Part shown: positions 10,274 to 20,703 of the stretch, one piece after another
Layout: every line of letters starts with the position of its first letter
How positions within the stretch are numbered: position 1 is the stretch's first letter
NCBI GenBank assembly: GCA_963744345.1
Contig: CAVUTD010000013.1
Location: forward strand, 20,415-84,414
Length of the DNA: 64,000 nt
Source of the DNA: an uncultured Verrucomicrobiae bacterium
GTDB taxonomy: Bacteria > Verrucomicrobiota > Verrucomicrobiia > Chthoniobacterales > Terrimicrobiaceae
Direction: 5' to 3'
Translations under genes and position numbers: made by a program
The notes under the pieces: model-generated
The model's input: the letters and a program-made list of their open reading frames with translations, nothing else
The model's database searches: none
Told to the model about the DNA's origin: nothing

Positions 10274-12180
10274 ACGAGACCATTTTAGAGACGCCAACTT
10301 CCAGCAAACGTGGCACGGTTCGGCTTACGGCCGCGCAAGCTCTCGTGCGCTACCTTTCTGGATTATGCACCCGGCTTGAGGGACCTCAAGGCGACGAAAC
10401 GGTTCCTCTTTTCGGAGGAGTATTCGCCATCTTCGGCCATGGAAACGTCGCCGCAATCGGGGAGGCTCTTTACCAATATCGCGACAGACTGCCGACGTAC
10501 CGGGCGCACAACGAACAGGCCATGGCCCATGCGGCCATTGCTTACGCGAAGGCGCACTTCCGGCGCCGCATGATGGCTTGCACGAGTTCGATCGGACCCG
10601 GAGCGACCAACTTCCTTACCGCCGCGGCGCTGGCGCACGTCAATCGCTTGCCGGTGCTTTTTCTTCCCGGCGACGTTTTCGTCTCGCGAGATCCTGATCC
10701 GGTGCTTCAACAGGTGGAGGACTTCAGCGACGGAACTGTTTCGGCGAACGATTGCTTCCGTCCGGTGTCGCGTTATTTCGACCGGATCATTCATCCCTCT
10801 CAATTGCTCACCTCGCTTCCGCGTGCGATCCGCGTGCTGACCGATCCTGCCCTGTGTGGTCCGGTCACTCTTGCCTTGCCGCAGGATGTGCAGGCGGACG
10901 CCTTTGATTATCCGGTCGATTTCTTCGAAAGCCCGCTGGTGGAGTATCGAGCCCTGCCTCCAAATGAGGTGGAATTGGCCGCGGCCGTCCGCGTGCTGAT
11001 GGCCGCCAAGCGACCGGTCGTCATCGCCGGTGGTGGAGTGCTTTATGGAGGAGCCTGCGAGGCTCTGCGTCTCTTTGCCGAGCGCCACGGAGTGCCAGTT
11101 GGCGAGACGCAAGCTGGCAAGAGTTCCCTGCCTTCGGAGCATCCTTTGCAGTTGGGCTCTGTGGGAGTAACTGGCTCGCCGGCTTCCAATGCGCTCGCGA
11201 GCGAAGCCGATTTGATTCTCGCCGTGGGGACCCGCCTGCAGGATTTCACCACGGGATCAAACTCGCTCTTCACCAAGGCGCGGTTGGTTTCGCTGAATGT
11301 AAATCCCTTTGATGCGATCAAAGCGCGGGGCGTGCCCGTGCAGGTCGACGCGCGTTTGGGCCTGGAGGCTCTGATGAAGGCGCTGCCACACTGGCGAGCC
11401 GAGGCCGCTTGGACAGAACGCGCCAAGGCGGCCGCGGGCGCCTGGCGGTCCACGGTGGAGGCAATTACACAGCGTCGCGACTTAAATGCCGGCGAGTTGC
11501 CGTACGATGGTGAGGTCATCGGAGCCGTGCAACGCTCCAGCGCCGAGTCGATGACCAAAGATATCGTTGTTTGCGCGGCTGGAACGCTTCCCGCTGAGCT
11601 TCACAAGTTGTGGCGCACTTCGACGCCAGGCGGCTATCACATGGAATACGGCTATTCCTGTATGGGCTACGAGATTGCAGGAGCCTTAGGGGTCAAGATC
11701 GCGCGCCCGGAGCGGGAGGTGATCGTGATGGTGGGAGATGGCAGCTATCTGATGCTGAACAACGAAATCGCCACCTCGGTGATGCTCGACAAGAAGCTAA
11801 TCATCGTATTGCTCGATAACCGCGGCTATGGATGTATCAACCGCCTTCAGCAGCATTGTGGAAGCGCGCCTTTTAACAACATGCTCGTCGATAGCCTGCA
11901 GTTTGGTCCAGGGGCGCCAGCGATCGATTTCGCTGCCAACGCCGCCTCCCTCGGCGCGTTGTCAGAGAAGGTTAGCAACATCTCGGAGTTGGAAGCCGCT
12001 CTTCAGCGGGCCCGTGGAGCTGATCGCACCTATCTCATCTGCATTGATACCGATGACACTCGCACCACCAAAGAGGGAGGCTGGTGGTGGGAAGTGGCCG
12101 TGCCTGAGGAATCCCCCAGCGAGTCTGTCCGCCAAGCTCGCGCAGCTTACGTGCGTGGAAAGGAAAACCAGAAGCGATGA
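10270..12180 (+). CDS. iolD: 3D-(3,5/4)-trihydroxycyclohexane-1,2-dione acylhydrolase (ThDP enzyme)
   Basis: 636-aa ORF of acetolactate-synthase-like ThDP fold (GDGSYLMLNNE motif). It sits between iolC and iolB, with 4-nt overlaps on both sides. Confidence 0.9.
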   Translation: MNETILETPTSSKRGTVRLTAAQALVRYLSGLCTRLEGPQGDETVPLFGGVFAIFGHGNVAAIGEALYQYRDRLPTYRAHNEQAMAHAAIAYAKAHFRRRMMACTSSIGPGATNFLTAAALAHVNRLPVLFLPGDVFVSRDPDPVLQQVEDFSDGTVSANDCFRPVSRYFDRIIHPSQLLTSLPRAIRVLTDPALCGPVTLALPQDVQADAFDYPVDFFESPLVEYRALPPNEVELAAAVRVLMAAKRPVVIAGGGVLYGGACEALRLFAERHGVPVGETQAGKSSLPSEHPLQLGSVGVTGSPASNALASEADLILAVGTRLQDFTTGSNSLFTKARLVSLNVNPFDAIKARGVPVQVDARLGLEALMKALPHWRAEAAWTERAKAAAGAWRSTVEAITQRRDLNAGELPYDGEVIGAVQRSSAESMTKDIVVCAAGTLPAELHKLWRTSTPGGYHMEYGYSCMGYEIAGALGVKIARPEREVIVMVGDGSYLMLNNEIATSVMLDKKLIIVLLDNRGYGCINRLQQHCGSAPFNNMLVDSLQFGPGAPAIDFAANAASLGALSEKVSNISELEAALQRARGADRTYLICIDTDDTRTTKEGGWWWEVAVPEESPSESVRQARAAYVRGKENQKR

Positions 12181-12977
12181 TGAATCTGATCGTCAAACCT
12201 AAAAAAGGCTCGAAAGAAATCGTGTCGGTGACGCCGGCGTCGGCAGGATGGCGGTATATCAGCTTTTCGGCGTATCAACTGGCTGCCGGCCAAACCCTTG
12301 ATCTTTCGGACAACTCCAACGAGCTCTGCGCCGTGGTGCTGAGCGGGATCGTCTCCGCTGAGACCGAGGGCCACAGCTGGAAGGAGATCGGCGGAAGAAT
12401 GAGCGTCTTCGACGATGCCGCTCCCTACGCGGTCTATATTCCACCCCGCGCAAAGCTCACCATTGTCGCCAAGACGGCAGCCGAGCTAGGGGTAGCCGGG
12501 GGTCCTGCGAAAGGCGAGCTCCCAGCGCGGCTTATTGAGCCAGCGGCGATGCGGCGCAGCGCACGCGGCAAGGGCTCCAATACGCGCTACGTCTGCGACA
12601 TTCTCCCCCAAGATGAGCCCGCCGAGTCGGTCCTCGTCGTCGAAGTCAAGACACCGAGTGGACACTCTTCGAGCTACCCCCCGCATAAGCACGACATCGA
12701 TAATATTCCGCAGGAAAGTTTGCTGGAGGAGACGTATTATCATCGTATCAATCCGCCGCAGGGTTTTGTCTTTCAGCGCGTTTACAGCGACTCACGCGAT
12801 CTTGACGAGTCGTTATCGGTCGAGGATCGCGATGTCGTTCTGGTGCCTCGCGGCTACCATCCCGTCGTCGTTCCCCACGGGTACGAATCGTACTACTTCA
12901 ACGTCATGGCAGGTCCCAAACGCGTCTGGCATTTTCACAACGACCCAGCCCACGAATGGATTCTCTCCGCCAGTTGA
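12177..12977 (+). CDS. iolB: 5-deoxy-glucuronate isomerase
   Basis: 266-aa cupin-like ORF (SSYPPHKHD...EETYYH...GYHP) in the iolCDB context. Confidence 0.85.
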   Translation: MMNLIVKPKKGSKEIVSVTPASAGWRYISFSAYQLAAGQTLDLSDNSNELCAVVLSGIVSAETEGHSWKEIGGRMSVFDDAAPYAVYIPPRAKLTIVAKTAAELGVAGGPAKGELPARLIEPAAMRRSARGKGSNTRYVCDILPQDEPAESVLVVEVKTPSGHSSSYPPHKHDIDNIPQESLLEETYYHRINPPQGFVFQRVYSDSRDLDESLSVEDRDVVLVPRGYHPVVVPHGYESYYFNVMAGPKRVWHFHNDPAHEWILSAS

Positions 12978-13012
12978 CGCACCTCTGAACCCCAACTGAT
13001 CAACTATCGAGT

Positions 13013-14617
13013 ATGTCAACGAAAACTCTCAAGGAAAACGAATTGCCGCCGATGAGCTCAACCACCGGCCGGATAGAGCATTTCATCAACGGCAAACACG
13101 TCCGAGGGGGAGGACGAACGAGTGACGTCTTTAATCCCGCGACCGGAGAAATCGCCGCGCAAGTCACCTTGGCTTCCGCGGCGGAAGTGGACGCGGCAGT
13201 TTCTGCCGCGCGCGGCGCCTTCCCCGCTTGGTCTAAGCTCTCGGCGCTCAGGCGTTCGCGATACCTTTTCCGTTTCAAAGCCTTGCTCGAAGAGCATCAT
13301 GACGAATTGGCTAAGATCATCACCCGAGAGCACGGGAAGATTTTTTCGGATGCGAAGGGAGAAGTTGTTCGCGGCATGGAGGTGGTTGAGTTCGCCTGCG
13401 GCATTCCGCATTTGCTCAAGGGTCAGCACAGCGATGAGATTGGCGGAGGTATCGACAACTGGAGCACGCGCCAGCCGCTTGGCGTGGTCGCAGGAATTAC
13501 TCCGTTCAACTTTCCTGCCATGGTGCCGATGTGGATGTTCCCAGTGGCTATCGCTTGCGGCAATACGTTTGTCTTAAAGCCCTCCGAACGCGATCCTTCA
13601 ACCTCGATCCGGATCGCGGAATTGCTTAGCGAAGCCGGCTTACCCGATGGCGTCGTCAATGTTGTGCAAGGCGATAAAGTGGCCGTCGATGCTCTTATCG
13701 AGCACCCGCACATCGCCGCACTCTCCTTTGTCGGCTCAACGCCCATTGCCGAGTACATCTCCAAGGAAGCAACCAGACGCGGGAAGCGCGTGCAGGCTCT
13801 GGGTGGCGCGAAGAACCATCTTGTGGTGATGCCCGACGCCGATCTCGATCATGCTGCCGATGCTCTTCTTGGCGCTGCTTACGGATCGGCGGGAGAGCGC
13901 TGCATGGCCATCTCGGTGGCGGTCGCCGTCGGCAAGACCGCGGACAAGCTTGTCCAGAAGCTCAAACCACGCGTGCAGGCTCTAAAGATACGCGAAGGCA
14001 TGGATCCGGAGGCCGAGATGGGTCCGGTCGTCACCGCCACGCACAAGGCGAAGATCGAAGACTATATCGAGGATGGCGTGAAGTCCGGGGCGAATCTGGT
14101 GGTGGATGGACGTGGATTCAAGGCCGCAGGGCACGAGCGCGGCTTCTTTCTTGCCGGGACGCTCTTCGACAATGTCACCCCAGAGATGCGCATCTACCGG
14201 GAAGAGATTTTCGGTCCGGTGCTGTGCATTGTTCGTGTGCCGAACTTTGAGAGCGCGATCGAACTCATCAACAAGCACGAGTTCGGCAATGGCGTCTCGT
14301 GCTACACCCGCAATGGAGGAACCGCGCGTGAGTTTGCCCGGCGCGTTCAGATCGGCATGGTTGGCATAAACGTGCCCATACCGGTGCCCATGGCCTGGCA
14401 TTCATTTGGGGGTTGGAAGCGCTCGCTCTTTGGCGATCAGCACATCTACGGGGAGGAAGGAATTCGCTTCTATACTCGCTACAAGAGCATCATGCAGCGC
14501 TGGCCGGCCGGCGAACCCTCCGCCGTCGAGTTGGCCTATACCTCCGGCACCGAAGGCGATACCTCCACCCAAACCGAAAGCGCGTCCGGCGCGCAATTTG
14601 TCATGCCAACTAATTGA
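13013..14617 (+). CDS. iolA: Methylmalonate/malonate-semialdehyde dehydrogenase (CoA-acylating)
   Basis: 534-aa aldehyde dehydrogenase. Shows the MmsA-type N-terminus (HFINGK...) and the catalytic region GERCMA. It lies directly after iolB. Confidence 0.88.
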   Translation: MSTKTLKENELPPMSSTTGRIEHFINGKHVRGGGRTSDVFNPATGEIAAQVTLASAAEVDAAVSAARGAFPAWSKLSALRRSRYLFRFKALLEEHHDELAKIITREHGKIFSDAKGEVVRGMEVVEFACGIPHLLKGQHSDEIGGGIDNWSTRQPLGVVAGITPFNFPAMVPMWMFPVAIACGNTFVLKPSERDPSTSIRIAELLSEAGLPDGVVNVVQGDKVAVDALIEHPHIAALSFVGSTPIAEYISKEATRRGKRVQALGGAKNHLVVMPDADLDHAADALLGAAYGSAGERCMAISVAVAVGKTADKLVQKLKPRVQALKIREGMDPEAEMGPVVTATHKAKIEDYIEDGVKSGANLVVDGRGFKAAGHERGFFLAGTLFDNVTPEMRIYREEIFGPVLCIVRVPNFESAIELINKHEFGNGVSCYTRNGGTAREFARRVQIGMVGINVPIPVPMAWHSFGGWKRSLFGDQHIYGEEGIRFYTRYKSIMQRWPAGEPSAVELAYTSGTEGDTSTQTESASGAQFVMPTN

Positions 14618-14833
14618 GCCGCAGCTTTGACGCTCCGGCTACGCAATGACAGAAATTCGTCTTTAGAACCTTCTTAGGCTCGCAGGAAACACGCTTAGCT
14701 AAGTCGAGTGGATCTTTCCCTTCCCCACTGAGGTGCTAGAGCTATGCCTTCGGACCGGCTGCCTTCACGACCGCGCTTGCTCCGGATCCATAACAGCCTT
14801 CGCCTCGCGCTGCTACTTCCGAGGCCAATGATC

Positions 14834-17764
14834 TTAGATTAAGGCATCATGCAGGATCTCGGCTGGATGCTGCGCCACTCGTGCGGTGCCGTCTTTGATC
14901 TGGTGCCGGCAACTCGTTCCCGGTGCGGCGATAATCGTGTCGGGTGGGGTGGCCCGGACCGCCGGCAGGAGGACGAGCTCGCCAATCTTCATTGAGATAT
15001 CGAAATGTTCCTTTTCGTATCCGAAAGAACCGGCCATTCCACAGCATCCCGACGGAATGACTTGGACCTTGTAGTCCACTGGTAACTCCAGCACTTTCAC
15101 GGTCGGCGTCAGCGAGGCGAGTGCTTTTTGGTGACAGTGGCCGTGGAGCTTGATATGGCGAGTTTCCTGGGTAAACGCTTCGCGTCGAATACGGCCCCGG
15201 TCAGCCTCGCGGGCGATGAATTCGTCGATCAGAAGGGCATTCTTGGCGAGCGACACTGCCGCACTCACCAGGCGCTCAGGCACGAGATCCGGCACTTCAT
15301 CCCGGAACCCCAAAATCGCCGAAGGCTCGATGCCCACCAGCGGGATTTCCGGAGTAACGACATCCTTGAGCAATTCGACGTTGCGGATGGCTAATCTGCG
15401 CGCCTCGCGAAGGAGCCCTTTGGAAATCTGCGCTCGACCGCTGTCCACATGCTTCGGAATGACAACCTCGAAACCTAACCGATTGAGCAGGAGAGTGGCT
15501 TTAATCCCGACATGAGCGTCATTGAAATTTGTAAACTCGTCGCAAAACAGAAAAACGCGTCCATTCGGAAACGGTCCATGCTTATTGGCATAGACCCGAT
15601 GCCAACGTCGCAGAGAACGCTTATTTAGCTTAGGCATTGACCGACCCTGAGCGAAGCCCGCGAAAGTTTTGAAGAGACTGGCGGTGGCGAAATTTGTGAC
15701 GAAAAAGTTGAACACCCCCGGAGCTATCGAGGCCAACGCCATGGCTCGTGAAAAGCCGCCGATGAGTCGCGCGCGCATGGGCACACCTCGAGCATCGTAG
15801 CGTTGCTGCAGCCATTCGGCCTTCAGACGAGCGACGTCAACATTAGACGGGCACTCCGCCTTGCATCCCTTGCAGGATAGGCAAAGATCCATAACCGGCG
15901 CGATTTCGTTGCTGTTAAAAGGATTGGCATTCGTTGAGTGGGTAAGCACCTCGCGTAAGATGTTCGCCCGCGCTCGTGTCGTATCCTTTTCGTTGCGGGT
16001 TGCCATATAGCTCGGGCACATCGTGCCGCCCATGAGATGGCTCTTGCGGCAGTCGCCCGAGCCATTGCATTGCTCGGCAGCCCGCAAGATGCCGCGTGCT
16101 TCCGAAAATTTCAGCACCGTCTTAAATTGACGGACAGTCTGATTCGGTTGGTAGCGCAGACTTGCATCCATCGGCGGCGTATCGGTGATCTTGCCGGGAT
16201 TAAAGATGCCGAAGGGATCCCAAGCGCGTTTGATCGCGCGGCAGAGAGCGTAGTTCTTCTCGCCCACCATCATGGGCAGAAACTCGCCTCGTAAACGACC
16301 GTCACCGTGTTCGCCGCTGAGCGAGCCTCCGAAGCGCTTGGTGAGTTGCGCGATTTCTGTCCCGATTACCCGGAAAAGCTTTTGATGCTCTTTAAGTTTA
16401 AGATTCAAGATGGGTCGCAGATGCAGTTCCCCCGAGGCGGCATGACCATAATGGACCGCGGAGAGTTCGTGACGCCCAAGGATCTCGTCGAATTCGCGCA
16501 CATAAGCGGGCATGTCTTGCGGGTCGATCGCCGTATCTTCAATCACAGCCACAGGCTTCGCGTCTCCTGGAATGTTGGCCAGAAGGCCCAACGCCGCCTT
16601 GCGCAAGTTCCACACCCGATTCTGATTGGCGCCCCAGACAACCGGAAAGTGGTAGCCGAGTCCTGCGGCGCGCAATTCACTCTCCAGTTGCGCGGCCTCT
16701 GCGGAGACTTGCTCGCGCGTACCGCCCGCCAATTCCACGGCGAGGATGGCGCCAGGGTCTCCTTGCACGAAAAAGCGGTTCTTACTTTGCTCCAGGTTGG
16801 TTTTCGTGCATTCGAGAATATTGTTGTCCATCAGCTCGGAGGCGCGTGGCGCATGGCGCAAAGCGACCAGGTTCGCACGAAGAGCCTCGTCGATGTTGGA
16901 GCAGTGCACGCAGAGCAGAGCAAGCTCACGCGGGGGAAGCGGTTCGCATGACAAGGTGATCTCGGTCAGGAAGGCGAGAGTCCCTTCCGAGCCTGCAAGC
17001 AGCCGGCAGAAGTTGAATTGAGGTCCTCCAGATGTAAACGGCTCGGAGTCTGCGAGCAGGTCGATGGCATAGCCTGTGTTGCGACGATGGATGGATTTCT
17101 TCGGAAAGCCGCGTGCGATTTCCGCTCTGTTTTCGGGATCACTAAGAAGTTTTCTCGTCTCACGGTAGAGCGAAGCTTCGAGCGTGTCGCCAGAACACTT
17201 CGCTTCGAACTGCTCCGTGGAAAGCGGTCCAAATTCCGCCATCGAACCATCGCTCAACACAGCGCGCGCGGATACGAGGTGTTCGCGTGTGCTGCCGTAC
17301 ACGACGGAGTTCGCGCCGCAAGCATTGTTGCCGACCATTCCTCCGATCATGCAACGGTTTTGGGTTGACGTCTCGGGCGCAAAGAAAATGCCATGCGGAA
17401 CGAGGTCGAGGTTGAGCTCATTGCGCACCACTCCCGGCTGAACGCGCACGCGACGCTGTCCTGCGTCAATTTCCAGGATGCGCGTCGAGTGGCGCGAGAC
17501 ATCGACCACAATTCCTGGTCCGACGACTTGGCCTGCCAGCGACGTGCCAGCCGTCCTGGGTATTAGCGAGGTCTTATGCTCCCGCGCGAAATGAACCAGC
17601 TTACGGATATCTTCCTCCGTCTTGGGAAAGGCGACTGCCTGGGGCATCTCGCGATAAACGGAGGCGTCAGTCGCATAGAGCTTTCGCATCGTCGAATCGA
17701 AGTGGAGCGAACCAGCCAACTCCGTAGCGAGGCGCTGGAAGTCAGAAATCTTCGGGGATGTCAT
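14834..17764 (-). CDS. FAD-binding (GlcD-like) plus Fe-S cluster/CCG-domain (GlcF-like) fusion oxidoreductase, YdiJ type
   Basis: ORF open to 17848 (1004 aa); the ATG at 17764 (MTSPKISDFQ) is the likelier start. N-terminal FAD-binding PCMH domain, central CxxCxxCxxxCP ferredoxin motif (CLSCKGCKAECP), and C-terminal cysteine-rich CCG repeats. Confidence 0.8.
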   Translation of the reverse strand: MTSPKISDFQRLATELAGSLHFDSTMRKLYATDASVYREMPQAVAFPKTEEDIRKLVHFAREHKTSLIPRTAGTSLAGQVVGPGIVVDVSRHSTRILEIDAGQRRVRVQPGVVRNELNLDLVPHGIFFAPETSTQNRCMIGGMVGNNACGANSVVYGSTREHLVSARAVLSDGSMAEFGPLSTEQFEAKCSGDTLEASLYRETRKLLSDPENRAEIARGFPKKSIHRRNTGYAIDLLADSEPFTSGGPQFNFCRLLAGSEGTLAFLTEITLSCEPLPPRELALLCVHCSNIDEALRANLVALRHAPRASELMDNNILECTKTNLEQSKNRFFVQGDPGAILAVELAGGTREQVSAEAAQLESELRAAGLGYHFPVVWGANQNRVWNLRKAALGLLANIPGDAKPVAVIEDTAIDPQDMPAYVREFDEILGRHELSAVHYGHAASGELHLRPILNLKLKEHQKLFRVIGTEIAQLTKRFGGSLSGEHGDGRLRGEFLPMMVGEKNYALCRAIKRAWDPFGIFNPGKITDTPPMDASLRYQPNQTVRQFKTVLKFSEARGILRAAEQCNGSGDCRKSHLMGGTMCPSYMATRNEKDTTRARANILREVLTHSTNANPFNSNEIAPVMDLCLSCKGCKAECPSNVDVARLKAEWLQQRYDARGVPMRARLIGGFSRAMALASIAPGVFNFFVTNFATASLFKTFAGFAQGRSMPKLNKRSLRRWHRVYANKHGPFPNGRVFLFCDEFTNFNDAHVGIKATLLLNRLGFEVVIPKHVDSGRAQISKGLLREARRLAIRNVELLKDVVTPEIPLVGIEPSAILGFRDEVPDLVPERLVSAAVSLAKNALLIDEFIAREADRGRIRREAFTQETRHIKLHGHCHQKALASLTPTVKVLELPVDYKVQVIPSGCCGMAGSFGYEKEHFDISMKIGELVLLPAVRATPPDTIIAAPGTSCRHQIKDGTARVAQHPAEILHDALI

Positions 17765-17856
17765 GGTTTCTCGCGAGAGTATTGAGAGGCTTTGGTTCCT
17801 TCGAGACGCTCTCACACTATCGGCGTCGCACCGGCTTCTTTTCAACAATTACCCGC

Positions 17857-18870
17857 TTATTGAATTTCCGAAACCTTGACGGGCCTATTTTCTCTCCAGC
17901 TCTTGGTCACGGCGATCGCCAGGCGAAGAGTCTCCAAAGCGTCCTCCGGCCCGGGCGAAGGTTTGCGCGCGGCTTGCAAATCCTCGAAAAACCGCTCCAG
18001 CTGCAGACGATAGGCCTTTTCAAAGCGATCCGGAAAATTCTCGAAGTGGTCGTAGGTGGACGCGAAATTTCGGGCGAAGAGGAGCGGCGTTTTTTGAGGG
18101 GCCTCAATGACCACCTTGCCGGCTGATCCAGCAACTTCGGTGCGAATGTCGTATCCCCACTGCGATCGGCGGGAGGTTTCCGTCACCCCCAAAACACCAT
18201 TTTTGAAGCGCAGGAGGGTGACGGCCGTATCCACGTCATTTGCTTGAGCAAAGCGATCGTCGATCAAAACCGATCCCCAGGCTTGAACTTCCTCGACCTC
18301 ATCAACCAGAAATCGCGCAAGATCAAGATCGTGCACGGCCATGTCCAAAAACAAGCCTCCGCTGCTTCGCAGGAAGGTTAGGCTGGGCGGATAGGTGTCA
18401 CGACTCAGCGCTCGAAAGGTCTCCAGTTTACCAAGTTCCCCTGCGGCGATCCTGGCCTTGGCTTGGGCGTAACCAGGATCGAACCGGCGCATGAACCCGA
18501 TTTGAACGAAAGCGCCTTTCTCCTGAACGAGCCGTACCACTCGAGACGTCTCCGCCAAATCCAGCGCAATCGGTTTTTCGCTGAAAACCGCCTTGCCCGC
18601 TTCGACCGCCATCTCAATAAGGCGCGCATGCGTTTCCGTGGGTGTGACGATAACAACCGCATCGACGCCGGGATGGGAAATCGCTTTCTCAACATCCGTG
18701 AAGACCCCTTCAGCATTGGCGAGGACTTTGCCACGCTCGGCTGCTTCTGCGTTTGGATCGGCAACTGCGACAACTCGCACCCCTCGTAGTCCGACGAGGT
18801 TTCGCAGGTGGGTTTCACCCATCCGCCCTAGCCCCAGAAAGGCTACGCCCGTCGTGCTTGCCGCAGGCAT
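17857..18870 (-). CDS. iolG: Inositol 2-dehydrogenase-like Gfo/Idh/MocA oxidoreductase
   Basis: ORF listed from a TTG at 18876; there is an ATG at 18870. Contains the Rossmann motif FLGLGRMG, EKP, GFMRRFDP and SGGLFLDMAVHDLD, all typical of IolG. Confidence 0.75.
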   Translation of the reverse strand: MPAASTTGVAFLGLGRMGETHLRNLVGLRGVRVVAVADPNAEAAERGKVLANAEGVFTDVEKAISHPGVDAVVIVTPTETHARLIEMAVEAGKAVFSEKPIALDLAETSRVVRLVQEKGAFVQIGFMRRFDPGYAQAKARIAAGELGKLETFRALSRDTYPPSLTFLRSSGGLFLDMAVHDLDLARFLVDEVEEVQAWGSVLIDDRFAQANDVDTAVTLLRFKNGVLGVTETSRRSQWGYDIRTEVAGSAGKVVIEAPQKTPLLFARNFASTYDHFENFPDRFEKAYRLQLERFFEDLQAARKPSPGPEDALETLRLAIAVTKSWRENRPVKVSEIQ

Positions 18871-18876
18871 TCGCAA

Positions 18877-19800
18877 CTAGCCAACGAGTTTCTTGATGCG
18901 CTCGCTCAGGTGCGGCGGAGACATTTGAAAAACGTCGAGCAGGTAGTCGTTGGGGGCGGACTCCCCCCACCGATCCTCAATACCGAAGCGGATAACCTTT
19001 CGTGGCGAGGCTTCCGAGAGAACTTCGGCAACGAGTCCGCCCAAGCCTCCATAGATGGTGTGTTCCTCCACCGTAACCACCAGCTTCACTTTCTCGGCTG
19101 CGCTTACGATCTCGTCTTTGTTCACGGGTTTGAGCGAAGGCAGATGCAAGACGCCGGCAGAGACTCCCTGGCCGTGAAGCAGATCGGCGGCTTCGAGGCA
19201 GCGTGCACTTTGCGGGCCTGTGGAAATTATCAAGACATCGCTGCCTTCTCGCAGAGAGATCGTCTTGCCTGGAACAAAGGTATACTTTTCGTCAAAGAGG
19301 TTTGGGGATGCATCCCGCGCCAAGCGAAGATAAACGGGTCCTTCAAATTCGGTTGCCCAACGGATGGTCGCCTCGCCTTCGATCGCATCCCCAGGCGCCA
19401 AAACGGTCATTTCGGGCATTGCACGCATGATGGCGATATCCTGGACATCCTGGTGCGTCTTGCCCGTCAAGCCGGTGAGCAGTCCGGAATAGGCCGCTCC
19501 AATCTTCACGTTCGCGTGGGTCTGAGCAACCAGCATCCGAATTGGATCAATGGCCCTGTGAGTAAAGAAAACCGTGAAGGTGGAAAGCCAAGGCACGAAG
19601 CCCAAGGTGGCTAAGCCAACAGCAACACCAACAAAGTTTTGCTCAGCGATTCCCATCTGAAGGAATCTATCAGGATAATTCACCGCAAACTTATCCGCCT
19701 TGGTCGAATTCGCTAAGTCCGCATCGAGGACGACCACATTCGGATTGGTCGAACCTAATGATACCAACGTATCTCCAAAAACGTCTCGTAGTGCCTTCAT
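18877..19800 (-). CDS. Transketolase, C-terminal (pyrimidine-binding/C-domain) subunit
   Basis: 307-aa ORF (GIAEQNFVGVAVGLA...). ATGA overlap with the N-terminal subunit gene. Confidence 0.88.
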   Translation of the reverse strand: MKALRDVFGDTLVSLGSTNPNVVVLDADLANSTKADKFAVNYPDRFLQMGIAEQNFVGVAVGLATLGFVPWLSTFTVFFTHRAIDPIRMLVAQTHANVKIGAAYSGLLTGLTGKTHQDVQDIAIMRAMPEMTVLAPGDAIEGEATIRWATEFEGPVYLRLARDASPNLFDEKYTFVPGKTISLREGSDVLIISTGPQSARCLEAADLLHGQGVSAGVLHLPSLKPVNKDEIVSAAEKVKLVVTVEEHTIYGGLGGLVAEVLSEASPRKVIRFGIEDRWGESAPNDYLLDVFQMSPPHLSERIKKLVG

Positions 19801-20675
19801 GCTATTGCCTCCTCGATGCCAAGCTCCTTGGCAATGATTTTAAGCTCTTCCTTTGTCGCAACCTTGGAATGCCATTCGTGCTTTCCTTCGGTAAAGTGCA
19901 CCCCCTTGCCTTTCGTCGTATGGGCAAGGATCATCGAGGGCTGATCGGAATCTCCCGATGCCTTGACGCTCTCCAACGCCGGAACAACCTGTGCAAAATC
20001 GTGCCCGTTGATCTCGATACAACGCCAACCCAATTTCTCGAAGATCCCGCGCAGGTCGATTCCCGACCAGGGATCCCGGCGGTCGCCGCGGTGCTGTTCG
20101 TTGACCGCAAGCACCCAACCAAATTGCTGCAGCCCATTCCAGTCCAGGATCGCCGTGAGGTTCCCGAGCTTGTACCTTGGAGCGATATGTAAGGCCTCCC
20201 AGGTCATCCCCTCCTGCAATTCCCCATCTCCAAGCATCACGAAAGTATGAAACTTCTGCCCGCGCATCCGCGCGCCTAAGGCAAAACCTAAGCCGACCGA
20301 AAGTCCCTGGCCGAGGGATCCGGTGGAGGTATCCAGACCGGGCAGCTTGGTGACATCAGGATGGCCTTGCAGCCTTGAACCGCCCTTGTCAAAGGTCTTG
20401 AGCTCATCGATTGGCAGGTATCCTCGCAGTGCCATGACACTATACTGCCCGATCGAAGAATGCCCTTTGGAAAGAATGAACCGATCGCGGTCGGCCCATC
20501 GCGGTTCTTCCGGCTTGATGTTCATCACCTTGAAGTAGAGGGCCACCAAAAGGTCCATTGCTGAAAATGGCCCGCCCACATGCCCGGCGCCGCTGCTTGC
20601 GACGGTGCTAATTGCCAGCCAGCGTGCCCTTCGAGCGAGCGCTTCAAGGTCCTTGTAGTCTTTATCGTTGCTCAT
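19797..20675 (-). CDS. Transketolase, N-terminal (ThDP-binding) subunit
   Basis: ORF open to 20846; the ATG at 20675 (MSNDKDYKDLE...) fits the family. Contains GHVGGPFS, SKGHSS and the ThDP motif GDGELQEG...NG. Confidence 0.88.
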   Translation of the reverse strand: MSNDKDYKDLEALARRARWLAISTVASSGAGHVGGPFSAMDLLVALYFKVMNIKPEEPRWADRDRFILSKGHSSIGQYSVMALRGYLPIDELKTFDKGGSRLQGHPDVTKLPGLDTSTGSLGQGLSVGLGFALGARMRGQKFHTFVMLGDGELQEGMTWEALHIAPRYKLGNLTAILDWNGLQQFGWVLAVNEQHRGDRRDPWSGIDLRGIFEKLGWRCIEINGHDFAQVVPALESVKASGDSDQPSMILAHTTKGKGVHFTEGKHEWHSKVATKEELKIIAKELGIEEAIA

Positions 20676-20703
20676 ATTTGATTGCCTAGTGCTTATCAGG
20701 AAA

